Shown: positions 1 to 10,537 of the stretch, in pieces
How positions within the stretch are numbered: position 1 is the stretch's first letter
Layout: every line of letters begins with the position of its first letter
NCBI GenBank assembly: GCA_020536535.1
Contig: JAHLWZ010000702.1
Coordinates: 1 to 64,000, forward strand
Direction of reading: 5' to 3'
DNA: 64,000 nt
DNA from: Pelomyxa schiedti
Taxonomy: Eukaryota > Protista > Evosea
Position numbers and translations under genes: made by a program
The notes under the pieces: model-generated
What the model was told of the DNA's origin: nothing
Databases searched by the model: none
The model's input: only the letters and a program-made list of their open reading frames with translations

Positions 1-112
1 AGCACACAGCGCTCCCAGGTAATCCCTTACCCTAGTACTAGCAGTGCTTCAGTTGGTTTATCTTCACTGATCGGACGGGAAGTGGAGTTTACCAACTAAT
101 ATGGCCGTAACC
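1..112 (-). rRNA. 5S rRNA, 3' end truncated by the window edge
   Basis: The reverse complement reads GGTTACGGCCATA...CCCGTCCGATC...GAAGATAAACC...CTAGTACT...ACCTGGGAG...GTGCT, matching the order and spacing of conserved eukaryotic 5S blocks. Confidence 0.9.
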
Positions 113-438
113 AAAACAATCGGCATCAGCATCGCTTTTGTTCAGCATTTCGTTCTTGGTATTTCTTACTCCTGAGAGCCTTTTAAGACACGTTGCATAG
201 CCGTAGGTCAGGTGGCTGCCGATGCGGGGGTGCTAAGATCAAACTCAGCAAGTTCCAAAAAAATTTCGAAACTAGAGAGAGTATGGTACCTCCATCAATG
301 ATACACATATCGATGGCTCAGTCTGATTTAGGTTGTTAATCACATTGGCACTATATTTACACACATTGATCATCAGTCCCTTGCCCTACCCTCACACCCT
401 CACCCCCACTGATTCACTCACCCTACCCGTATCCTTCT

Positions 439-474
439 CCACCGAAAGGGCTCAGGCCTGAGCCCTTTCGGTGG
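439..474. repeat. Perfect 36-bp palindrome
   Basis: ccaccgaaagggctcaggcctgagccctttcggtgg equals its own reverse complement. Confidence 0.95.
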
Positions 475-512
475 TTGCCCCTTTTCCCTCTTTACTTTTT
501 TTTCCGATTGTG

Positions 513-2347
513 ATGAGCGGCAACAGCGGCGCTAGAATACAGCTCCATCACTTCCAACGAGTATGGCACTTATGTGTTGTGGACCTTCGCACTTTCTCAC
601 TTGCTAACGACGGATGCCCACGACTAGTGGATGGAGCAGCATGGTTTCGGATTACACTCGAGTGTTACCCTTGTTGCACCCACTACGTTGTCCCCCAGTC
701 ACTTCGATTCAGGCACTCGCGTCGTAGCATCGGAGGGCATTGCCGCTCAGTCGTGTGATGGGGAAACTGCCGAGGAGAATGAGGGGGGCTGCAATATATT
801 CACAGTTCCGGTGGATTGCCTCCTTGGTCCTCTTAATTGCACGGCGTCGGTTGCAGTAAAGTCTCTGGGAGACGGTCTCAGACTGTTGGCCAAGGAGGAT
901 GCCAACGTGGCACTGGTCACTTGTATGATGTGCGAGGCAACTTTGTGCAATTCTTCAAAGTGGAAGCCTTTCTTGGACATTCTGCCCGTAAATTACAGCA
1001 CACCGTATGAAATAGCCTCCAAAATCACTAATTAGACCCAAAATACGCACTAATGCATCACATTTTTAAAAACGATTGTTTTACAGGTATTTCTGGTCAG
1101 ATGGGGAGCTTGAGTATCTCTCTGGAACGGATGTGGTTGAGAGCATGGATGTTAGAAACTTGAAGAAGACATTCACAAACAGCGTTCAACCCATCATTGA
1201 CAAGCATCCTGACTGCTTCACAGCCTCCCATACTTTCCAGGATTTTCTTGTAAGAACAATTTACTGTTCTTATGCCGCAGTAACATCTTTAGAGAAGTGG
1301 GGATCATGTGTAACGTCCAGATCATTCTCTGCTCATCCTACTTACAGCGGCCCTGTGATGGTTCCAATGGCGGATATGCTGAATCACAAAACTGGGTTTT
1401 GCAATGCCCATTTAGAAAACCACTCCTGTGAAGACCGATTATTTATGGTACTTCAGAAAGATGTTGCCCCTGGTGAGGAGATCTTCAATACGGTCTGCCA
1501 GACATTTCCATTTTGCTGTCAGTCAAGTTTACTTATTGTTAATTAGTACGGTGACCTCTCCAACTCGGAATTACTGAGGTGCTATGGCTTTGTGGATACA
1601 CCCAATTCATTTGACAAAGTTTCTATTGACTTGAATTGGCTATGCACCACCCCATGCCTATCATCGTTTACCAGTATGTTGGGTTCCGTAATTAATCCCT
1701 AATTTAACTCAAATAAACATCACAGGTGAGGCATCCACACGCACTAAATGGCTGCAAAATATGCTACCAACTGATTGCTCGGGAATGCATTTTTGCTGGA
1801 CGAATCAAACGAAGCAGTACACGGTCTATAACTCCTGCCCAGAAATGCAAACTCCGGCACCAACGCTCCCAGAAAGAAGGACAAGACACTCACGGGCATC
1901 AAAACTACTTGTAGACATTGCATGTGTAATATGCATGGATGTACTACAGGTAAATATTATTAAAACTGCACCTCTGATCTATTGAGTAGTTCAGCATTTT
2001 ACGTAGCCTGTGGAGAAAAGGTGAATTCAAATACATTCCGGCTGAACTGAAGGCTTCCCAGTAAGAAAGAAACCATAAAAACTCAGCACCAGCCACACCA
2101 AACTAACCAGCACCATCTATCCAGGCAAGTGCATGAATTCCTATGTTTGGTTGCACGCACCAAACTAGAGACATACGGCGGCACCCCAGCCTCCCTCCAG
2201 CACACGCTCACCACCCTCAAAGCTCAATACTCCGCCGCAGTCCATGCCGGGAATTCCACCTCGGCAGAGCACTTCACCAGGCTATCCAATGCTGTGATTG
2301 TTAGAATCGGCGAAACTGCTATCCTCGAGGCCTTCCTTGCTGTTTGA
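513..2347 (+). CDS. SET-domain lysine methyltransferase (SETD6/Rubisco-LSMT class), multi-exon
   Basis: Exons encode SKWKPFLDILP, VTSRSF, MVPMADMLNH and EIFNT|YGDLSNSELLRCYGF; short GT-AG introns restore the frame. Confidence 0.85.
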
Positions 2348-2468
2348 GCACAGGCCTGTTTAGCCTGTTCCCCGCAAAACAAAACAAAACAAAGCAAGGG
2401 GTGTAAACCCCCCTGCGCACTGGCCATGAGATGTTGTGAGATCGAGAGTGTCCATAAACCCGTAAAAA

Positions 2469-5006
2469 ATGGGGGGATGTCGAATCAAGTTGGTGCGGCA
2501 AGTGGCGCCGGACGACGGTGGAGGGTACCGGACTACGGATGGACCGGGGGCAGAGATCTGTTGGACAGTGGACGCCGACACACCTGTTATGACGCTGGGT
2601 AGATCTCAGCTGGCCGTCCCTGACAAGCGAGTGTCTCGTAGTCAAGTGAATTTGCGCTCTCATTGTAGCATCTGTGCATGTCCAACCAAATACGCCAACA
2701 ACGCGAGTACCGAAACTGTTCACTCATTATAATAGGTGACAATAGAAATTCTTAATAACCAGCTCGTTGCCAACTGGGTGCGGGTTTTCTTTCTTTCTAC
2801 CTGTCTTGCTCAAAACTCACTTGCTTTCAGCTTGGCACAAATCTTTCATTGATAGCCCGCGGAGATAATGAAGTGCTGTATTTTGAACGTGGTACTCCAA
2901 TCCCTCTTCAGTCTGGTGATGGTTGATATCTCCCTAAAAATACTTTTTGGTTCTGACCTATTCTAGTCCTACATCTGTTACCCAACTTGCATATTTATAA
3001 GATCACCATAACACCGTTGATTGAAAATGTGCGAAGGTGTGATGTAATTACACTCTGAGTTTGTCTCACTCCTTTTTCAGTACTCAGAACCGACCCAAAT
3101 GCCCATATGGTTCCAAGTGCGTGTTCTTGGATTTCTATTACTTTATTATTTTTATGATTAATCGTTCGGTTTGTTGGTTTCCCATTTTAGGTGTTATAGA
3201 AAGAATCCACAACACCTTATTGACTTTTCACATGATGTTGATTCAGAAATGGACCTGGGGACTGATGCTGCCCCCACTGTGTCACCACAAACTGTTAATT
3301 CTACACATTCCTCCCCGCCATGCTCAGCCAAGCCCCTGGATGTGGCAGTTACATTATCACCTCCGTCATGGACAAAATTTGGAACTGTCCTCTCTTTGAT
3401 ATCACCTTTTTCGACTCCTACAACTTGCCCAGTACTTGGATGTGATATGGTTTGTCTGTTTCCCTACATTCGATCTTGCAACTAAGTTCCATTTAGGATG
3501 ACACATTGATCACCACAAGGAGTGGGCATAAGTTCCCACAAAATAAATCTGATTGGAAGTGGTTGTTTCCAAATGTCCCTTCAATCTTGCGTGAAATGCA
3601 TTCAAGAGGGTTGCTTAAATTAGGAAAAATACGTTAACTAAAGCAAATACTGCCAGAATTAAAATTGTCATTTTCAGTAATCAGGCTGGAGTCGCAAAAA
3701 ACCACACCAATGAATCCGATATTCAAGATAAAATTATTGATATGGCCAGAGATGTCTTTTTCTCCACCATTTTTATTGGTCTAACGAAAATGAAGCTTGG
3801 CTTTACACTGGAAAGTATGATCGCCACTGCTGAGGATTTTTATAGGAAGCCTTCGCCTACTATGTGGCACTCTTTCATGCAGAAGTCAAATACCCTACCT
3901 GGTATTTCCATGCGGCACAGGCCTCATTAAGCAAATAACCACAGATATGCCCAAATCGATTTTTGTTGGTGATGCTGCTGGGCGTAGTGCAAATTGGAAA
4001 CCAGGAAAAAAGCGCGACTTTTCCACATCAGACAGGTTTCTCATACCCTTCCCTTTTAGAGCAAATTAACTTAACATTCTACATAAGAGCTTTCGCCCAT
4101 AACGTCCACATCACATTCAAAACGCCAGAGGAATTTTTCTTGAACGAATCTGTGGCAGATTTTGAATGGGACACTCCAGACCCCAACCTGTTCTTATCTA
4201 CATCTCCCAGGACATGTAAACTGTTCTTTTTTCCCCAAATCATTTCACACAACATACAGCACTGATAGAAGGTGGTGAGCTTTTCCCGTTATCACCAGGT
4301 GTTGTGGAAGTTGTAGTCGGTGTGGGATGTCCTGCTTCTGGGAAAAGCAGCTTTTTCCATAAGTACTTTAGGATATGTAAAATCAAACAAAACTATATTC
4401 TAGGTATTTCGCACCAAAGGGATATGTAATTGTGAACAGGGTAAGCACATCGAATATTAGCACTGTAATATCACATAACTTCCTCTTTACACTCCACAGG
4501 ATACCCTCAAGACCCAGGATAAGTGCCTACAGGCAGCACGCGAAGCACTTAAACGATGTAGTTCAATACACCACAATTCGGGAAAATGAAGTGCTCTGCC
4601 TAGGTGCGAGTGTGTGTATTGACAATACAAACCCGTCGGCATCCAGTCGCGAACCATATGTGAAACTGGCCCAGGAGTTTGGGGTGAGTGTTCGCTGCCT
4701 ACTGTTCACTACACCAATTGAGCTTGCCAAGCATTTGAACATTGTTCGAGAGGTATTGGCAGTTGTCATCTTTCCAATTTTCCTCACTTCTGCACAGAAA
4801 GCGACCCAAGGCGGCACTAAACGAATTCCGAAGATAGCCTATGCTGTTTTTCACAGCCGGTTTGAGCGGCCATCAGCAGAAGAAGGATTTTTCGGTTGTT
4901 TCCCCCACTTACCCAACTAACCTTCAACACAGAAGTGGTGAAAGTCAACTGGTTGCCGTCTTTCACCACCCCTGAAGAAAAAGCCCTCTTCCTTGAACGC
5001 ACCTAG
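2469..5006 (+). CDS. PNKP: Polynucleotide kinase/3'-phosphatase with N-terminal FHA and PBZ zinc finger
   Basis: FHA-like LGRSQL...VSRSQ; PBZ CPYGSK|[14 protein letters not shown]; HAD motif DM|[25 protein letters not shown]; kinase P-loop GCPASGKS and IDNTNPS. Confidence 0.9.
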
Positions 5007-5056
5007 ATACACAAAAACTGTTGTAGCCACTCCAAGACAAATCCATCTTTATTCCA

Positions 5057-5351
5057 TTATCTTTTGCCCCCTCTGCCACCACGGCCGCGTGCGGGTGGTG
5101 GTGCTTTGGAAAGAGGGTTCATTGGGGTTGGTTTAAGGTGCCTTGTTGTTGTGGATGTGCGGACTGCTGGTGCTGTGACGGCGGGTGGTTCAACGGACTT
5201 GACTATGCCTACACCAATGGTGAGGTGGCCGTCTTGCATTACAAAGCGGCCGAGTGGGGGGCAGTCCTTGAAAGGTTCTAGATAGACAGGAAGAGTGGGT
5301 TGAATTTGAACCAGGCAGCAGTCTCCGGTCTTGATGGCCTTGGGGTTATCC
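5057..5351 (-). CDS. Divergent EF-1alpha-like protein, domain III and basic/RGG tail only (5' part lost in the gap)
   Basis: DNPKAIKTGDCCLVQIQPTLPVYLEPFKDCPPLGRFVMQDGHLTIGVGIVKSV resembles EF1A domain III (NPK..K.GD...P..P...E.F...PPLGRF..RD...T..VG.IK.V). Confidence 0.75.
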
Positions 5352-5451
5352 NNNNNNNNNNNNNNNNNNNNNNNNNNNNNNNNNNNNNNNNNNNNNNNNN
5401 NNNNNNNNNNNNNNNNNNNNNNNNNNNNNNNNNNNNNNNNNNNNNNNNNNN
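5352..5451. other. Assembly gap (100 N, true size unknown)
   Basis: Run of exactly 100 N. Confidence 0.99.
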
Positions 5452-5821
5452 ATCCAACCAGCCTGTTATCCCCGTCTGACTCCCCAAACGTCTCAAAGAC
5501 CCCAGACCTGACAACACCAAGGGTCGGTGACAGCCGCATCCACACGTGTGCCTCGTGGTCCAGGTCCCTCGCGGTGCCCCCCTTTATCCCTCCACTCACT
5601 GTGAACACCACTTCCCTGCAGCAGCACACGACCCACTCCCTGCCAAGCTGCTCGATTATGGAGGGGGATGCAATGAGGAGCCTGGCCGGCGACAGCGCTC
5701 TCGTCCTTGCAATAAGTGCTCCACATGCAAACGTGATGAACTGGTCAACAGCTGACACCACGACGTCGAGCGCGACTCGTGGGGGCGACCACACCGCTGG
5801 ATGTGATTGCATTATTCCCAT
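5452..5821 (-). CDS. Unknown lineage-expanded family, copy 1 (N-terminal part, cut by the gap)
   Basis: DQFITFACGALIARTRALSPARLLIASPSIIEQLGREWVV and HVWMRLSPTLGVV are shared with 6067-7455 and 7515-8942. Confidence 0.75.
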
Positions 5822-6066
5822 CTTTCAAATCTAGTCTTTTTTTCAAAGTGGTGCGTTGACAAGAACGAAGCAACCAAGCAACAGCTCCTTCAACCAATTG
5901 GAAATTCCAGGAACACGTTTTGATTGTGAGGGCTCATCCCAGTCTGACACGCTCTATCCCAAACACAGAGACCCCACGACACTTTCCACGATCTTGTGGA
6001 ATTGCAGAACCCTCCGGAAACTGCAACAACTACGACCGTCTTTCCAAAACATCGTAATCACGCGGC

Positions 6067-7455
6067 ATGCAGATCCAAACCACACGGACGACGGAAACTT
6101 CTGCAGTTCAGACTACCCCATCGGTACCACCACCACGATACCTAATCGAAGTGGTAGCGTCGGCCGCGGACCAGTTCGTCGCGTTCGCGTGCGGCGCACT
6201 CGCGTCGAGGGCGGCGAGGCACCGGTCGCCGGCCAGGCTGCTCGCGTCGTCGCCGTCGCTCGTCGAGCAGTTTGGCAGGGAGTGGGTGGTCGCGCGCGGC
6301 GGCTGCAGGGAGGTGGTGATGACCCTGAGCGGAGGGGTCTCGGGGGACAGCGCGCTGGACAGCTGCCACGAGGTGCACGTGCGCATGGGCCTGTCGCCGA
6401 CGCTCGGGGTTGTAGGCCACGTGATGCTGGAGATGACGGCGCACTATTTTGACCGCTCCAAGCTTGTTGGGTGCATTGGGTCCGGGGAGACAGCAAGGAG
6501 GATACAGCAGCCGCCAGGAGCGGGAGGAGGAGCTGCTCCCTCGAGGGGCAGTAGGGGCCAGGGAAGTCACATGGAAATTGGCAAGGAAAGGCTGCTGATG
6601 ACGAGGACGAGGACCACGGGTGTGTTGATTGACATTGTGGATGGAAGGGGATCGGTGGTGAGGAACCTGTTCCCTGGCGATGGGACGACTGACACAAGGT
6701 GGCTAAACACCTCCGTTTACTCCAACAGCAGGTGGCTCGTGCTTTTGAATTCCGGAGAAATTATTCTGTGGAGGCTCTGGCTGCCCAATGAGTCTGAAGA
6801 AAGCAACGGCAACCCGCTGTTCACTGAGGAGTGCTGCGCAAAGATAAAGTTGGGTTATAAGCCCTATCTTTCAGCTGCACTCTGTGAGCATGATCCCGAT
6901 GTGTTGCTCATGGCCGACATGGGAGATCCTTTCCTTAGGCACGTTGATTTGAAAGAGAGCTTCAACCAGGGTGCCATCGTTCTCAAGAAGGATCCTGTGC
7001 CTATCTCATTGCCCACAAATAATATCATCTCTGTGCTCGGTGGTGATCCAATCTGCGCCTTCACACAGGGGTGCACAACGCAGATTTACCACTTCCACAA
7101 CACCAGCACCAACCGAGCACACACCATTGAAGGCGTAGTCCGCGTTCTCGGGGGAAACCTCATTGCAGTCTGCACCTACGGACCAACACCTGAGCTCAGT
7201 GTGATACGCACCTCTGATGACCTCTTCACACCCTCCATTGGTGTCCCTTTTCAGAGGTCGTTTGACACAGGTGGATCAGCCATCGTGATGTCAGTCACTG
7301 ACATGCTGCCTTGTGGGGTTGTTGTGTGGCAGTGCTCAACACGTCCAGGGCCACTCCCTTCCACACCCACAACAGGTTCATCAGTGGTGACCAGGTACGC
7401 CATCACTGATGCTGAGACTGACACCCTCTTGGCTTTGATCAAATACCACCAATAA
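6067..7455 (+). CDS. Unknown lineage-expanded family, copy 2 (intronless, 462 aa)
   Basis: Long uninterrupted ORF, colinear with 7515-8942 (QF.AFACG, SPARLL, GREWVV, LSPTLGVV, NSRWLV, LFTE, RYAITDAETDTLLA). Confidence 0.85.
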   Translation: MQIQTTRTTETSAVQTTPSVPPPRYLIEVVASAADQFVAFACGALASRAARHRSPARLLASSPSLVEQFGREWVVARGGCREVVMTLSGGVSGDSALDSCHEVHVRMGLSPTLGVVGHVMLEMTAHYFDRSKLVGCIGSGETARRIQQPPGAGGGAAPSRGSRGQGSHMEIGKERLLMTRTRTTGVLIDIVDGRGSVVRNLFPGDGTTDTRWLNTSVYSNSRWLVLLNSGEIILWRLWLPNESEESNGNPLFTEECCAKIKLGYKPYLSAALCEHDPDVLLMADMGDPFLRHVDLKESFNQGAIVLKKDPVPISLPTNNIISVLGGDPICAFTQGCTTQIYHFHNTSTNRAHTIEGVVRVLGGNLIAVCTYGPTPELSVIRTSDDLFTPSIGVPFQRSFDTGGSAIVMSVTDMLPCGVVVWQCSTRPGPLPSTPTTGSSVVTRYAITDAETDTLLALIKYHQ

Positions 7456-7514
7456 TAAATTAGAGTGTATGTATTGGTGCTGATGTACATTCCCTTACCA
7501 GAAAGACCTGAAAA

Positions 7515-8942
7515 ATGGGAACGGCACAGTCAACACAGTCGAACAGCAACAACGACAACAAACCACAAACTCATCAACCACACCAAACATACACCAACGC
7601 GCCAACAACAAACTCTTCGCCACAACGAGTCACACTCGAAGTAACAATATCAGCGGCGGGGCAGTTCATCGCGTTCGCGTGCGGCTCACTCGTTGCCAGG
7701 ACGAGGGCGCGGTCGCCGGCCAGGCTCCTCGCCGCGTCCCCGTCGATAATCGCGCAGTTTGGCAGGGAGTGGGTCGTGCGCGGCTGCCGCGACGTTGTCG
7801 AATCCATGCTCGTGGGCGAGGACGTCGTAAAGACGACGCGCACGGGCAGGGCGTACCATCAGGTGCACGTGTGGATGAGACTGTCGCCGACGCTCGGGGT
7901 TGTGAGGTCGGCCCAGTTCGCGACGACCGAGGCCGCGATGAGGAACCTCATTGGGCACGTTGGAACCACGACGACGGGTGGTGTTGTTGCTGCTCAGCCA
8001 AGGAAGGAGGAGGAGCGCAGGGAAGGATATTCACCAGATTCATCGTGTTGTTGTTGTGAAAGGCTTGTACTGGAGGATGGCAGCTCGGGAACGCGAGAGT
8101 TTGACTTCGAAGTGGTGGATGGGAATGGATGCGCGGTGGAGCACGTGGCACCTGTTGGGAACGGCGCGGCTGCGGCGCGGCGGCATTCTTCCATCCACGT
8201 CAACAGCAGGTGGCTTGTGGTTCTCAGAGACAGACACATGACAGTGTGGAGGATTGGGGGTTCAGGAAGAGGAAGTGAGTTGTTCACTGAGGATCGCTGT
8301 AAAAGCATTGACCTGGGAACTCGTAATTTTCGCGCAGCTCTGAGCGACCACCACGTGAATGTTCTGTTTTTGCCAATCCGCACCTGCGACGATAATAATA
8401 TGGCTCAGACCCACTTGGAGATGATTGACTTGGAGGAGAGTTTCAGCAAGGGAATGAAGGTGATGCAAGCTGAGCCAATTTCCCTGCCACCTGGAAACTG
8501 TGTGAACTTTCTTTGTGGTGATCCCCTTTGTGCAGTTTACCAGGAAATCAGAGGAGGCCTAAGTGTGTACAACACGGAGTCCAACACAAACCACACTTTC
8601 AGAGGGGAGAGTTATGTTCACTGCCTCAGCCCCACCGTCATTGCAGTCAACACCATTGGGATGGAATATGAGGTATACAACACATCCAACCTCAACACAC
8701 CTTGCCTGAGAATCAGTTCCCAGAGGTTTGTGTCACAAGTGAAAATGCAAGTGCGGTTTGGCAGCCAACAAGTTGCTGGGATTCTAATGTGGGCATCTGA
8801 GGGGCAGAACCCACATCAGCCAGGCAAAGCAACTGGCTGGACAAGAAGGTATGCGATCACAGATGCTGAGACTGACACCCTCTTGGCTGTTGTCAATTAT
8901 GTCCTCACGTTAGGTCAGGACAAACTGTTTTTCTTTCATTGA
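7515..8942 (+). CDS. Unknown lineage-expanded family, copy 3 (intronless, 475 aa, MGxxxS N-terminus)
   Basis: Long uninterrupted ORF; tandem paralogue of 6067-7455 with the same motifs. Confidence 0.85.
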   Translation: MGTAQSTQSNSNNDNKPQTHQPHQTYTNAPTTNSSPQRVTLEVTISAAGQFIAFACGSLVARTRARSPARLLAASPSIIAQFGREWVVRGCRDVVESMLVGEDVVKTTRTGRAYHQVHVWMRLSPTLGVVRSAQFATTEAAMRNLIGHVGTTTTGGVVAAQPRKEEERREGYSPDSSCCCCERLVLEDGSSGTREFDFEVVDGNGCAVEHVAPVGNGAAAARRHSSIHVNSRWLVVLRDRHMTVWRIGGSGRGSELFTEDRCKSIDLGTRNFRAALSDHHVNVLFLPIRTCDDNNMAQTHLEMIDLEESFSKGMKVMQAEPISLPPGNCVNFLCGDPLCAVYQEIRGGLSVYNTESNTNHTFRGESYVHCLSPTVIAVNTIGMEYEVYNTSNLNTPCLRISSQRFVSQVKMQVRFGSQQVAGILMWASEGQNPHQPGKATGWTRRYAITDAETDTLLAVVNYVLTLGQDKLFFFH

Positions 8943-8978
8943 GTACCACAAACATGATCAATTAGTTTTCCTTGTCAC

Positions 8979-10216
8979 CATGAGAGAGTTACAGATTTTT
9001 TTAAAAAGTGCGGGCCAACTCGCGATTTTTGAAACTTTTTTTTTTTCCCCCCTTAAACTTCGGAGGGGATAAGCTCCGCTCCCTGGGGACAGTTTCCAGG
9101 GGGAGGTTCCCAGTCGTCATCGCCTCGGAGAGCTCTACAAACTCATGTCCGCAAAAATTAAAAAACCAATATAAACAGAGACTGAGCTCTGTTGAGGTCC
9201 AGACATTGTCTGGTCTTTGGCTGAATAAAATAATCAACAGACCGGAACGCTGTACTTTTCGTTATCGTCGCTCAGGATCGGCGGTCTGGTGTTTTTTTTA
9301 TTCAGCCATTTCACATAATTTCGATCACAGTCAGCGATTTCCAATAAATGTATTGATTTGGGATTTTGGTGAATAAAATACACCGCCGATAACGAAAATG
9401 AGAGCGAAAAAAAGCGTTTCTTGTTTAACCGCGGTGCACAGGGACGGTGGTAGTGTGGCTTGTGTGCAACGAACTGTGGTGTGAGGAGAGTGCGGTGTAC
9501 TAGGAGAAGGCAGAGGCTCGACAGAGGTTGGTGGGGCAGTTCAGGAAAATCTAAAAACTTTCTGTAAAAAGAGGGTACTTTACTTACGAGATAATGCCGT
9601 GTATCCCACAAGTGACAATTAATGCTTTGGTAAAAAAAAAAGTTAAAGAGGTGGGAATTGTAGATGTAGCCGAGGTTGTGGTCGCGGTCTTCGCGACCGC
9701 TATTCGGTTGTGATTGCGATCGCGGTTGCGATTGCGATCGCGGTTGCGCCTGTGTTTGTACTCGTAGTCGCAGTCGCAATCGTCATAACAGTCGGAGCCT
9801 AGCCCAGCCAAGAGAATTGGGTGTTGCGGTAGCTGTTGCGTTGGCTGTGGTTGTCGTTTCGTCACCTACGGAGCCGGCACGGGAGAGTGCAACACAGTTG
9901 GTTATTTGTTTTTTTGTTAAAACGCAGTTGTAAAGTGACTTTGCCTCTTTTTTTTTTTTTTCCCCCTTTGCACCAGGAGCAGATCGGCTCAGATCCCAGC
10001 AAAGTCTCTTTCCGCATTTCTGGGGAGATGAGATTGTGGAACTCTCTGAGGTGATGACGATTGTAACACTCCTACAAAAAACTGTCCCAAGGGAGCGGAG
10101 CCTATCCCCTCCGAAGTTTAAGGGGAAAAGTAGGAAGGAAAAAAAATACAAAATTTAATTCCGTCGGGTGGCTTCGTTTCGTTCGTTTTTTTAAAAAAAT
10201 CTGTAACTCTCTCATG
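8979..10216. mobile_element. Non-autonomous DNA transposon / large MITE with bipartite terminal inverted repeats
   Basis: Perfect 29-bp outer IR (8979-9007 vs 10188-10216). Inner IR core 9049-9095 vs 10079-10125 has 2 mismatches and continues imperfectly inward. CATG lies at both ends. No transposase ORF. Confidence 0.85.
9703..9748. repeat. Short tandem repeat (~18-bp unit cggttgcgattgcgatcg) inside the TIR element
   Basis: cggttgtgattgcgatcg cggttgcgattgcgatcg cggttgcg. Confidence 0.7.
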
Positions 10217-10537
10217 TTGGAGACAGACTGGGAGGTGTTATGGCTGGAGTGTTTGGACTGGCACACCCATGTTGTGACTGCTGAAGCTGGACAGCTGTGT
10301 ACTTCCAGGAGCTACAGAGAAACTCGTCTCTAAACTTGGTCCATGTGATGGCGGTCTTCTTCCTGGGTTCCATTGAGGTATCTGGGACCAGAACCTTTAC
10401 GGTTGTGGCGGGTGGCTTTTCTTTAATTTAGAAAAGAGCAATCACATCTTTCTAACAACCAAGTTGGCAACAAGAGGAAGGACCTGTGGGCGTGACGCTT
10501 CGGGAGTGAAGGGGCATTGTGAAGAAAACGAACCGAC

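Noticed and set aside
377-430. Telomeric repeat
   Set aside because: Units are too degenerate and short, and internal; kept only as a C-rich tract.
5057-5821. Single 254-aa ORF in the ORF track
   Set aside because: It reads through a 100-N placeholder gap, so frame continuity is not evidence of one gene.
10217-10410. Coding-like minus-strand stretch (MEPRKKTAITWTKFRDEF...) abutting the TIR element
   Set aside because: Short, with no recognisable homology; a pseudogene call cannot be supported without a search.
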